64,000 bases of DNA from Polyangiaceae bacterium (GTDB taxonomy: Bacteria > Myxococcota_A > Polyangia > Polyangiales > Polyangiaceae), in NCBI GenBank assembly GCA_044376115.1, contig JBILLK010000009.1, forward strand, positions 64,001 through 128,000, written 5' to 3'. The first letter of the stretch is position 1; the number at the start of each line of letters is the position of its first letter. Positions 55,214 through 64,000 of the stretch are shown here, piece after piece. Both the position numbers and the translations under genes were made by a program. Below the pieces are notes generated by a model. The model was not told the DNA's origin, searched no databases, and was given only the letters and a program-made list of their open reading frames with translations.

Positions 55214-57907
55214 GTGGCGGAAGACTGGACTGAGCGAGATCTGCTCGCGACCGAGGCGCGACTGCTCAGCGCGGATGCTCAGGCGGTCGCGGGTCAGACC
55301 TTTGGTCGGGTCGCCGAGGTGGAGGCTCTCGCGCGCGCGCTGGCTGCACGCAAAAGCACGGTGCTCCTCGGGCCTCCAGGTGTGGGTAAGTCCGCGGTGT
55401 TGCGTCGGCTGGTCCAGCTGATCGAGAAGCGGGCTTTCGCCGCGCTCGAGGGCGCGAGCGTCTACGAGATGGCCACCACAGGGTTGGTTTCCGGCACGCG
55501 CTACACCGGCATGCAAGAGGAGAAGATCGCGAGCCTCCTCCGCCACGCCGATCCTCGCCGGTTGCTCTTCATCTCCGACCTCTGGAACATCCCGATGGCC
55601 GGCTCGTATGAGAGCAATCCGCGAGGCATCTACGATCTCATGCGGCCCGGCATCGAGGCCGAGCGCTTGGTCTTGATCGGCGAGATGAGCCAGGGCCGCT
55701 GGGATCGCCTAACGCGGGAGTTCCCGCTGCTAGAAAGGGACTTCGCCACCATCTCGGTGGTGCCCCCGAGCGACGATGAGACGCGCTCGCTGCTGCAGCG
55801 GATTGCGGTGGAACTCGCCCCTGAACTCACCTTCGAGCGCGCTGCCATCGAGCGCATTTTCAGTTTGGCGCGCAAGTTCATGCCAACGCTCAGCTTTCCC
55901 GGCAAGGGTGTGGACCTTCTGCGAAAGGTGATTCAGGTCCATCGAGGGCTGGGTGAAAAGGCGAACCCGGTGCCGGTCGATGAGAGCGCCGTTGAGCGCT
56001 TGTTCTCTCGTGAGACTGGGCTTCCTGAGCACGTGGTATCGCCCAATACCAGCGTTGACTACGAGGCTACGCAGGCCTTCCTCGCCGAACGCGTGTTGGG
56101 CCAGGACGACGCCGTTCGCGCCGTATCTGACGTTCTGGCGCTGTACAAGACAGGGCTCTCCAACCCGGATCGCCCGGCGGGCGTATTCCTCTTGGTTGGC
56201 CCAACTGGCGTCGGCAAGACCGAACTCGCGAAGGCTACTGCGGAGTTCGTATTCGGCAGTCGCGAGCGGATCTTTCGCATCGACCTCTCCGAGTACAAGG
56301 ACTTTCACTCGTTTGAGAAGCTGATCGGCGACCCCAAGAAGGGCACCGCTGGATTGCTCACCGACCACGTGCGCAAAAATCCGTTCACGGTCATTTTGCT
56401 CGACGAGTTTGAGAAAGGGCACCCCAACCTCGCCGATCTGTTTTTGCAGGTCTTCGACGACGCCCGGCTCACTGACGCGTTTGGTGAAACGGTAGGCTTT
56501 CACCACGCACTCATCTTCCTGACCAGCAACGTTGGTAGCGACATGGCGGCGGTCGAGAGCGGCATCGGTTTCGTCGGGGAGCGCCACTCTGCTGCGGAGC
56601 TGCTGGAACAACGCGCCCGTAAGAGTCTGGAAGCGCACTATCGCCCCGAGTTCCTCAATCGTCTGGATCGGGTCCTGGTGATGAAGCCACTCTCTCAGTT
56701 GGATCTCAGCCGCATCGCGCGTCGCGAGCTTGGCCGCGTGGTGCGGCGCGATGGCTTCGTCGAACGGGATTTGCTGCTGGAAGTGGAGGACTCCGTGGTG
56801 GAGCTCTTGGTCGAGCGTGGCACCGATCCGAAGTATGGCGCCCGCCCGCTGAAGCGTGCGATCGAGGAGATCATCATGATCCCGCTAGCGCGGGCCTTGA
56901 TGCGGCCGGGCTGGCGTCGCTTTCAGATCCTCCGGGTTTCGCGCGCGCCGCAGCGCAACGAGGACGCTCCCAAAGCGGATTGGGTGACGGTGTCCTTCGA
57001 GACGACAGAGGCCTCGATTCGGTTGTCGAACCTCGACCGGAGAGAGCGAGTCAGCGATGGTGCCGGGGGTACAGTCTCCCTCTCGGTCGCTGATATTCGT
57101 GCCCAGCTAGCGGACGCGTTCATTGAGATCGGGACGCTCGAACAGACCGTCAATGTCGCTAAGTTGAAGGAGGAATTGCAATCGCTCGATCAGCAATCCA
57201 GCTCCCCGGCGTTTTGGGAGGCGGCCTTCGGAGATACCAGTGTAATTGCGCGGAGACATCGCCTTACCGTCGAGGTCCGCCGACTCGAGTCGTTGCACCG
57301 TGAACTCCTTGCGGTGCATGAGCTGGCGGAGGCGTCGTTCGTTGAGGCCGATGACTCGGTGGCCCGTGAGTTGATGAACTCGTTTGCACGCTTCGCGCCG
57401 CGGCTGCGTCGCGCGCAGCGTGAGCTGCTCAAGTTTGAAGACGTCGACAGCGCCGATGCGGAACTCTTGATTACGCCGGTCGGGGAGGAACTCGGGGCTC
57501 GCGAATGGGCGGCCAAGCTCGCCGATATGTACGAAGCCTGGGCCCGCTCGGTGGGCTATGAGGTGCGACGCAGCGAGCATGAGAACGTCCTCAAGGTGGT
57601 CGTGATGGGGCCGTACGCGCACGGGTATCTGCGCGGTGAGACGGGGGGACATCGCGTGGTGCGCCCGCACGACGAACGGGGGCCGCGACGCAGTGAGGCG
57701 CATCTCGCGCGCGTACGCGTCACGCCACCCGGGGAAGAGACTCAGGAGGAGCTGCGGCTCGATGACCTCGATCCCATTCGCACCTACGACACGCGGCATT
57801 CTCACGGCGTTCGCGACCGTGTTACACGTCATTCCGACGGCGATACGAAGCGCGTCTTGATGGGGCGTATCAGCACCTTTCTTGAGGCCCATATCGATCA
57901 ACGCTAG
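55214..57907 (+). CDS. ClpA/ClpB-type double AAA+ ATPase fused to a GGQ-less release factor 2-like domain
   Basis: GPPGVGKS; GPTGVGKT, LLDEFEK, TSN, GIGF, PEFLNRLD, GARPLKR; C-terminal PAFW, EWAAKLADMYEAWA, GPYAHGYLRGETGGHRVVR, IRTY, VRD.VT, VL.G.I..FLE. Confidence 0.85.
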   Translation: MAEDWTERDLLATEARLLSADAQAVAGQTFGRVAEVEALARALAARKSTVLLGPPGVGKSAVLRRLVQLIEKRAFAALEGASVYEMATTGLVSGTRYTGMQEEKIASLLRHADPRRLLFISDLWNIPMAGSYESNPRGIYDLMRPGIEAERLVLIGEMSQGRWDRLTREFPLLERDFATISVVPPSDDETRSLLQRIAVELAPELTFERAAIERIFSLARKFMPTLSFPGKGVDLLRKVIQVHRGLGEKANPVPVDESAVERLFSRETGLPEHVVSPNTSVDYEATQAFLAERVLGQDDAVRAVSDVLALYKTGLSNPDRPAGVFLLVGPTGVGKTELAKATAEFVFGSRERIFRIDLSEYKDFHSFEKLIGDPKKGTAGLLTDHVRKNPFTVILLDEFEKGHPNLADLFLQVFDDARLTDAFGETVGFHHALIFLTSNVGSDMAAVESGIGFVGERHSAAELLEQRARKSLEAHYRPEFLNRLDRVLVMKPLSQLDLSRIARRELGRVVRRDGFVERDLLLEVEDSVVELLVERGTDPKYGARPLKRAIEEIIMIPLARALMRPGWRRFQILRVSRAPQRNEDAPKADWVTVSFETTEASIRLSNLDRRERVSDGAGGTVSLSVADIRAQLADAFIEIGTLEQTVNVAKLKEELQSLDQQSSSPAFWEAAFGDTSVIARRHRLTVEVRRLESLHRELLAVHELAEASFVEADDSVARELMNSFARFAPRLRRAQRELLKFEDVDSADAELLITPVGEELGAREWAAKLADMYEAWARSVGYEVRRSEHENVLKVVVMGPYAHGYLRGETGGHRVVRPHDERGPRRSEAHLARVRVTPPGEETQEELRLDDLDPIRTYDTRHSHGVRDRVTRHSDGDTKRVLMGRISTFLEAHIDQR

Positions 57908-57993
57908 CGCCAACGCTTTGACGAGCCGTCAGTCGGCTGGGGCTCCGCCACCCAGGTGCTAAGCAAAGTGCCGTGCGTCAGCAACGTTATGGA

Positions 57994-58010
57994 TTGGCAC
58001 GGCGTCTGCT
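57994..58010 (+). promoter_or_regulatory. Putative sigma54 promoter
   Basis: TTGGCACGGCGTCTGCT, exact GG-N10-GC spacing, about 14 nt before the ATG at 58024. Confidence 0.65.
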
Positions 58011-58023
58011 TTCAATGCGGTAA

Positions 58024-58980
58024 ATGACGGACGCGACGGGCCTTCACCTTGGCTTCGATTGGAGTGTTGCGCCGCCTCCGCCGAAACCGTTCGCTGCTCG
58101 CATCGTGGATACGACCTTGGGAGAGTGGCTCCACGGGACACCCAATGCGAAGCTCGACGATCGTTGTTTAGCGCTGCTGCACTGCACCGCCTCGATCGGT
58201 GTCGTGCACATTGGCCTTGGACGTTTGGAGGCTAGGCCGCCGGAACTGCTTGGCAAGCTTGTGCGAGAGGTCGCCCGCACGAAAGCAGAGATGCAGGTTG
58301 TTTGCCCCTGTGAACTCCTCGCTACTTTGCTACCGAGCGCCGACGGGCTCTCGGCTCAGAGCGGACGCCCCCTCGAGCTGGGTGTCGAGTTTGCGTCGCC
58401 ACGACTGCGCGCGAAGACGGATGGCTGGCAGTTGCATGAATTCTTGGACTACGTCCAAACAGGCGTGGATGCGGCCGTTTCGGCTGGATTTTTCGTCAAT
58501 TGTATCATCGAGGATGCCGCTCAAACAGCGCCGGACGTGCTCGCTGCCCTGCTGCTCGTTGCTGCAGAAGCGGGCGTCTCGCGCATCACCCTCTCCGACC
58601 GGCGCGGGAACGCGGCCCCTGCGGCTGTGGCAGGGCTGATTCCGTTTGCGCGCTCCGTGCTACTCGCACGCCGCTTTGCGCATGTGCCGGTCGAGTGGGA
58701 TGGATATAGCGTTAAAGGCGTAGCAGTGGAGAACGCGCTCGTGGCCCTCTCGGGCGGCGCGGAGCGTGTGGTGGCCGCGGCGTTGGGGGCGGGGCAACAA
58801 GGGGCGAGTCGGGCACCCGTCGAGTCGATCGTGTTGCAGGATTTCTCCACGACCTCTGGCGACAATCTCCTCCGTGTACGCCAATACGCCCAAGCCGCGA
58901 GCAAGCTGCTCCGCTTGGGAACGCAGGCGACACAACGCGCAGCCAAGCCGCCTCAGCCGAGCGGGCTGGCCGCCAACTGA
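58024..58980 (+). CDS. Degenerate 2-isopropylmalate synthase/HMGL-like (DRE-TIM) protein
   Basis: FDW, DTTL, SP.R....GW, EDA, AG..RI.L.D..G.A.P, G.AVEN.L.A..GGA, LG.G; catalytic RDG.Q and HxH motifs missing. Confidence 0.65.
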   Translation: MTDATGLHLGFDWSVAPPPPKPFAARIVDTTLGEWLHGTPNAKLDDRCLALLHCTASIGVVHIGLGRLEARPPELLGKLVREVARTKAEMQVVCPCELLATLLPSADGLSAQSGRPLELGVEFASPRLRAKTDGWQLHEFLDYVQTGVDAAVSAGFFVNCIIEDAAQTAPDVLAALLLVAAEAGVSRITLSDRRGNAAPAAVAGLIPFARSVLLARRFAHVPVEWDGYSVKGVAVENALVALSGGAERVVAAALGAGQQGASRAPVESIVLQDFSTTSGDNLLRVRQYAQAASKLLRLGTQATQRAAKPPQPSGLAAN

Positions 58981-59071
58981 TGAAGGTCTTGTTAATGTTA
59001 CTGTCGAAGGGTCAGTAGTTAACGCTCATTGGGATTTGCTTGGCGGCATTGTGCGAAGGTCGAGCGCCCTG

Positions 59072-60442
59072 ATGAGCAATGAGCGTCCCAACGATCCGCT
59101 TCTCGAGCGACTCTTGAATAAGGCTGAGGCGCTCGATGTTGCTTCAGCTGCTGCAGGCGAGGCCCTGCCGATTGCCCAAGCGCTTACTGCGCGCCGTCGG
59201 ATACCACGCTTGCCCGAGCGCTATCTCGATGAAGGTCGGCTCGGGGCTGGCGGAATGGGGGAGGTTCGCCTCGTTCGGGACGTTGCGCTTCGTCGCAGCG
59301 TGGCGATGAAAATCTTGAGCCCCGCCTCCAGCGCCTCGCCTTTGAGCGTTCAAACCTTCGTCGAGGAGGCGCGTACGGTAGGGCAGCTCGAGCACCCGCA
59401 TATCCCGCCAGTCTATGAACTCGGTGCGGATCAGGCCGGCGTGGCTTACTTCTCGATGAAGGTGGTCAAGGGCGTCACGCTCTGGGAGCGTATGCGCAAG
59501 CCAGACTGGGCCCCGGGCTCAGCGGAGCGGCTCAAAGACGGTATCGAAGTGTTGCTCAAGGTCTGCGATGCGCTCGCCTTTGCGCACAGCCGCGGAGTCA
59601 TTCATCGCGACGTAAAATCGGACAATATCATGATAGGCGACTACGGCGAGGTCTTCCTAATGGATTGGGGGCTCGCTAGGGTTCAACGCGACGCTACCAA
59701 GTTGGATGTCCCGCGCCCGGCCGGAAGCCCGCTCGACCGCGTGGTGGAAGGCGTCCTTGGCACGATGGCTTACATGCCGCCCGAGCAAGCGACTCCCGGC
59801 GCAATCGTCGACCAGCGTTCGGATGTGTTCGGTGTTGGCGCGGTGCTTTACGAGCTCGTCACGGGGCAATACCTCTATCCCGGGCATGATGAGGAGGCGG
59901 TGCTAGAGCAGGTTAGAGCCTGTGCTTTCAAGCACCCGCTGGCCGCTGCTCCTGACGTCTTCATTCCGCGACAGATCGTTGGGGTCGTGCTCAAGGCCCT
60001 GGCTCGCGAGCCGGGTGAGCGCTACTCGAATGTCACCGCGCTCAAGCAAGATCTTCAGCGCTTTCTCCACGGTGGTCTCTATTTGCCGAGAGTCGTCTTC
60101 GCGGCTGGCGAAGTAATCATTCAGGAAGGCGATGAAAGTGACTCCGCCTACATTGTTATGCGCGGCGAGTGTGAAGCGTACAAGCTCGTCAACGGAGAGC
60201 GCCGCGTGCTTCGCCGGATGGGCCCGCGGTCTGTGTTTGGTGAGGCTGCAGTGGTATCGAATCTGCCGCGCACGGCCTCCGTCGTGGCGGTCACCGAGGT
60301 GACGCTATTGCGTCTATCGCAGCAGACGATCGAGGATGGACTCAGCGGAGATCGCTGGGAGAACCTGCTGGTACAGACGCTGATTCAGCGTTTTCGGGAG
60401 GTCGAGGCGCGCCTTGCGGACGTTGAAGGTTCTCGGGAATGA
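59072..60442 (+). CDS. Cytoplasmic Ser/Thr kinase with C-terminal cNMP-binding domain
   Basis: GAGGMG, HRDVKSDN, MDWG, YMPPEQ; GEVIIQEGD...FGE.A....PRTASV. Confidence 0.88.
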   Translation: MSNERPNDPLLERLLNKAEALDVASAAAGEALPIAQALTARRRIPRLPERYLDEGRLGAGGMGEVRLVRDVALRRSVAMKILSPASSASPLSVQTFVEEARTVGQLEHPHIPPVYELGADQAGVAYFSMKVVKGVTLWERMRKPDWAPGSAERLKDGIEVLLKVCDALAFAHSRGVIHRDVKSDNIMIGDYGEVFLMDWGLARVQRDATKLDVPRPAGSPLDRVVEGVLGTMAYMPPEQATPGAIVDQRSDVFGVGAVLYELVTGQYLYPGHDEEAVLEQVRACAFKHPLAAAPDVFIPRQIVGVVLKALAREPGERYSNVTALKQDLQRFLHGGLYLPRVVFAAGEVIIQEGDESDSAYIVMRGECEAYKLVNGERRVLRRMGPRSVFGEAAVVSNLPRTASVVAVTEVTLLRLSQQTIEDGLSGDRWENLLVQTLIQRFREVEARLADVEGSRE

Positions 60443-61205
60443 CCGGCTGACAACGTAGCTCCACGGTTTGCCCCGGCATGAGCTCGAGCTGCGGCAGCGC
60501 GAAGGCCAGTCGCTCTGTCTTATGCCGACAGGTCACAAGGTGGGGCCCGGGATCTGTGTGGCGGTGGGACCCCGCTGCTTCGTCGGAGAGCAGCGCTCCG
60601 TCAAGCGCCACGTCCCATTCCGCACTATCCAGTATACGAATGACGCTTACCTGGGATGACGCGGTTCCGAGCTGCTCCTTCGCTTGTTGGAGCAGCTTGG
60701 CGACCTTCTCCGGCTCACGCGAGCCTCGCAGTTGCTGCAGTTGAAGCAAGTACGTCTCAGCTCGTGCGTACTCAGCGCGCTGCATTGCACAGCGGCCAAG
60801 CTCTAGGAGCATTCTGGGCTGTCCGCTCGCCGACCAAACACGCTGGAATAGCCCGCACGCCTGCTCGAGGTCCGAGGCAGCAGCTGAGCGCGAAAGCTCC
60901 ATGGCGCTGCGGGCGATGGCCAGCTGCTCTGGGCTCGGCTGTTGCTCGGGCCAATCCCAAGGCTCGACTTGGTGGAGCTCACAACGCCCGGTGGCGCGCT
61001 CCGTTCCGTAAGGGCACGGGCTATTCGTTATCTGGGTACATTCTTGGAGGTCTGGCCGCGGTGACGGCTCGGCTGGAGCGAACCCTGGACCGCACTCTCG
61101 CTGCTGAATGAAACCACAAGAAGAGGGCGTCGGAATCGCAGGTTCAGGCTGCGAGGCGGAACATCCAACGGCAAGAACGATGAGCCCATGAGAACGCAAC
61201 CCCAC
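60342..61205 (-). CDS. TPR/PEGA-like putative lipoprotein; start uncertain, 3' end overlaps the kinase
   Basis: LAVGC lipobox; A...F......P..LL.LGRC......ARA helical repeat; V.LDG...DPG.H.V. Confidence 0.55.
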   Translation of the reverse strand: MGLRSHGLIVLAVGCSASQPEPAIPTPSSCGFIQQRECGPGFAPAEPSPRPDLQECTQITNSPCPYGTERATGRCELHQVEPWDWPEQQPSPEQLAIARSAMELSRSAAASDLEQACGLFQRVWSASGQPRMLLELGRCAMQRAEYARAETYLLQLQQLRGSREPEKVAKLLQQAKEQLGTASSQVSVIRILDSAEWDVALDGALLSDEAAGSHRHTDPGPHLVTCRHKTERLAFALPQLELMPGQTVELRCQPVIPENLQRPQGAPRPPENAESASVPAGSPSDLR

Positions 61206-61291
61206 GCCGACATCATCGACGCTTGGGGGCGGCAATGACAATGGTGAGACGGCTGATTGACCGCGGATGCTGACCGGGTGATCGATAGCCA

Positions 61292-62143
61292 ATGACCAGC
61301 TTGAATCCCCAACGTGTGCTCGTCGCCGTGGACCGTACGCAGGTCTCTCTCGACGCCGTGCGTGCCGGGCTCGCTTTGGCAGCAGCCTCCCAGGCGAAGG
61401 TTGGCTTCGTTTGTGTGGTGCCAGACGAAGACACGACACCCGAAGCTGAACTCGTGCCGCAGCTACGTGCAGAGCTTTCTCCGGAAGCCGCTGCCTTCAA
61501 AGCCTCGTTCGAGTTGTTCATTCTGCGGGGCGAGGTCGTCGATTCAATCCTCGATCAGGCAAAGGAGTGGTCTGCCGAGCTTTTGATCGTAGGCAGTCGT
61601 GGGCTGCGTGGTATCGAGCGGATGCTCCTTGGTAGCGTTGCTGAGGCAGTGGTTCGGCGCGCAACCATGCCGGTGTTGGTGGTGCGGGCGCCACTAACGC
61701 CAGGGCTGGTCATGAGTGCCTGCGATCTCGGCGAGTCCACCGAATCGGTGATTCGTTGGTCGGCGCAGTTCGCCCGTTGGCTCGACGGAACAATGTTGGC
61801 CTTCCACTCGCTGCAAGGCGGTATGGGCGACGCTGCAGTGGTCGCGACGGCGATCTTCGGCGGCGCCGTACCGGCGCAACCCGATGTCGAAACCACCGAG
61901 GGCTTGCGGACGCTTGCGCGCGCTTCGATCGAGGTTGCGCTCGCGGCGGCGGGCGCAACCGCGGAGGTCGAGGTGTTCATCGGTGATGCGGCAGAGTCGG
62001 TTGCCCAGCGAGCCCAGGAGCTGGGAGCCGTGCTGCTGGTGACCGGGAGCCACGGCCGCAAAGGGCTCGCGCGGCTGGTGCTAGGCAGCGTGGCGGAAAC
62101 GCTGGTACGAACCGCGCCTTGCTCGGTGCTCGTCGCGCGCTGA
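61292..62143 (+). CDS. Tandem universal stress protein
   Basis: VLVAVD; GSRG...LGSVAE.V...PVLVV; GSHG...LGSVAE.L...CSVLV. Confidence 0.92.
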   Translation: MTSLNPQRVLVAVDRTQVSLDAVRAGLALAAASQAKVGFVCVVPDEDTTPEAELVPQLRAELSPEAAAFKASFELFILRGEVVDSILDQAKEWSAELLIVGSRGLRGIERMLLGSVAEAVVRRATMPVLVVRAPLTPGLVMSACDLGESTESVIRWSAQFARWLDGTMLAFHSLQGGMGDAAVVATAIFGGAVPAQPDVETTEGLRTLARASIEVALAAAGATAEVEVFIGDAAESVAQRAQELGAVLLVTGSHGRKGLARLVLGSVAETLVRTAPCSVLVAR

Positions 62144-62148
62144 GGCTC

Positions 62149-63642
62149 TCACTTCGCGGGGCTGCCGTGCCACACCCAGATGGTATTGCCGTCCGTCGTT
62201 GAGAGCTGCACGTACAACGTGTCACCACTCTTGATGAAGGATGGCAGGCTCGCCCCCTTCGGGAGCGCTACGGTCTGTGCGCGCGTTGCGCCGGGCGCCA
62301 GCATCCAAAGCCGCGGGTAGCCGAACATGAAGAGGGTGCCATCGGAAGCCTCAACCACGTTGGAGACCACGTCATCGGTGCAATCGAGGTCCTGCTCGTC
62401 GTCCGAGGCCAGCGCACAGTCCATCTCGAGCCGCTCCCACGCTTGGCCGCGGCGCCGGAAGCTAACACCTCCATTGAGGGCGTAGAGCGTCTGGTCGCGG
62501 GTCAAAAAGCTGGTCAGCGCCTTTGGGGGATCGGGCGGTGTCACGTCGGACCACTTTGGCTCCCGGCTATCTGTCCCAGGGGAGATCGAAAAAAGCGCCA
62601 TATAAGCGCGCTCCCGCGTCGTCGGCGTTGATACCTGGGTGGAGACGAACGTGCCTTCCTGGCTCTCGGTCACCTGGACGAAGGTGAACTCCGCAAGGGG
62701 GGCTGCGTTCGGCAGGGTCACCACGTGGCTACCTCCGCCCTTCCAATGCTCGACCGCCAGCGTCCCAACGTTGAAGCGTGGGCTCACGCTTTGGAAGGGT
62801 GGGGCGACTCCCATCAGCTTACCGATGTCGAGCGGGTCCGAACCTTGATTGCATACTAAGCCGAAGCCGAGCAAGCTCCCGTCGGGCAGATAGTGCAATA
62901 GCGGGTGGCCCAGCAGTTGGTATTTACAACCATTACGACCAGCCGTGGGGCGCGGTAACTGCTCACCCTTCTGCAACTTACCCAGGGCTCGAAAGCGAAA
63001 TCCAGCTTCTGCTGTAGTGTCGTCAGGGTCATTGGCCTCCTCAAGAAACAGATTGCCTTTGGGTGAGCGTATCGGCGGGGAGATCACTCCGGTAGTGACC
63101 CAGTCCTCCTGTTGCGCCTCATTGCCGACCAGCTTCTTGTTCTCGGGCCGAAACTTGCCAGGCTTGCCCTTCACTCGAGCCGCATAGATTGTGCTCGGCG
63201 TGTACACCTCGAAGGAGAGCGACTGCAGTGTCCCCGAGATGGAGGAGACCCAGAATGGGAGGGGATAGTCCGGGTCAGGTGATCGCAGCCCTTCGAAGAA
63301 TCCAGGCAGTGGGACCACCTCGCGACCCTTGAGCAGGAAGGCGTCTTGCGCCGGTGAGGTGAGCACGAGCAGTCCCTCGGCCACGGGGTGAGTCACAAGG
63401 TCAATCGGCTCGCTTCCTTGATCGTGCCGCTTCGGCGGTACGAGTTCCTCGAAGGGAAAGGGGACCGCGCTCGGCTTGGCTGCGCCTAACGTCGTGCTCG
63501 GTAGCGCGGAAGCTTGGGGGACGCTCGAACTCGGCTGCGGCAAGGGCAGTCGCCTTGGTTCGTGTGCTTCTCGACTGCAGGCTTGCTGGCATAACCCGCC
63601 AATGAGCCAAATCAGAAAGGCGCAATGTCGGCGCGGTCTCAT
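62149..63642 (-). CDS. Hypothetical exported/lipoprotein, possibly beta-propeller
   Basis: Long ORF with signal-like N-terminus ending QAC, Pro/Ser linker, W.DV.P and DGTL repeats. Confidence 0.6.
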   Translation of the reverse strand: MRPRRHCAFLIWLIGGLCQQACSREAHEPRRLPLPQPSSSVPQASALPSTTLGAAKPSAVPFPFEELVPPKRHDQGSEPIDLVTHPVAEGLLVLTSPAQDAFLLKGREVVPLPGFFEGLRSPDPDYPLPFWVSSISGTLQSLSFEVYTPSTIYAARVKGKPGKFRPENKKLVGNEAQQEDWVTTGVISPPIRSPKGNLFLEEANDPDDTTAEAGFRFRALGKLQKGEQLPRPTAGRNGCKYQLLGHPLLHYLPDGSLLGFGLVCNQGSDPLDIGKLMGVAPPFQSVSPRFNVGTLAVEHWKGGGSHVVTLPNAAPLAEFTFVQVTESQEGTFVSTQVSTPTTRERAYMALFSISPGTDSREPKWSDVTPPDPPKALTSFLTRDQTLYALNGGVSFRRRGQAWERLEMDCALASDDEQDLDCTDDVVSNVVEASDGTLFMFGYPRLWMLAPGATRAQTVALPKGASLPSFIKSGDTLYVQLSTTDGNTIWVWHGSPAK

Positions 63643-63811
63643 ATTGTGCGGCAAACCCCTCGCTCGCATATCAGACAGCGAGCGATTCGCGAAGGGTGAA
63701 CGTCGCACGCATAAAAGCGAGCCAGTTGCCATCCTGGCTCCCAGCTTTAGCGTAGCCGAATCCAAGTTCTTTCATTGACCGCAGCCGAAGTTTTCGCGAC
63801 AACTTCGCGCT

Positions 63812-64000
63812 ATGACGACTGCCGTAGCAGGGAACTCAGAGCAAGGCCGAGTCTTCGGCCATCCCGCAGGGCTATTCACGCTTTTCTTCGCCGAGATGTG
63901 GGAGCGCTTTTCCTACTATGGCATGCGGGCGCTGCTCATTTTTTACATGACAAAGGGGTTCCTCCGTTACACCGACGGAGAGGCCTATGCGGTCTACGGC
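63812..64000 (+). CDS. POT/PTR family peptide:H+ symporter (partial)
   Basis: [28 protein letters not shown] (ExxERFxYYG signature). Confidence 0.92.
   Translation, partial: MTTAVAGNSEQGRVFGHPAGLFTLFFAEMWERFSYYGMRALLIFYMTKGFLRYTDGEAYAVYG

Noticed and set aside
57908..63780. Impression of slightly more A/T-ending codons suggesting a foreign island
   Set aside because: Cannot be quantified by eye, gene types are lineage-typical and there are no mobility genes; needs a sliding-window GC3 calculation.
63776..63808. TTGACC box and CGAAGTT-N8-AACTTCG palindrome before the POT transporter
   Set aside because: The -10 element is weak and this is a single instance; too little support to call a promoter or operator.

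Overview
GC-rich, gene-dense bacterial chromosomal segment. Its content is typical of Myxococcota, probably Polyangiaceae/Sorangiineae-like (inference): three eukaryote-like Ser/Thr kinases, a subtilase with a MYXO-CTERM-like tail, a CsgA-like SDR, an AgmX/PglI-like lipoprotein and many Gly-linker/Cys-rich lipoproteins. About 58 CDS and one tRNA-Arg(ACG) can be supported; no rRNA, CRISPR, integrase or transposase was seen. Most genes are housekeeping or envelope functions (asd, fumA, prc, TamA/TamB, acyl-CoA dehydrogenases and carboxylase, phaZ-bdhA, tadA). The standout is 55214-57907: a ClpA/ClpB-type double AAA+ ATPase that keeps the IGF ClpP-docking loop and is fused to a release factor 2-like body lacking the catalytic GGQ domain, a candidate ribosome-docking quality-control factor. 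Two intergenic regions (about 7204-7264 on the minus strand and about 39901-40122 on the plus strand) look like unannotated sigma54-driven small RNAs with C/U-rich loops. Also notable are an SdpABC-like HTTM triad, tadA next to its own substrate tRNA, a cNMP-PilZ fusion, a degenerate LeuA-like protein and a 53-aa membrane peptide missed by the ORF track. All family calls come from motif recognition by eye, not from database searches.
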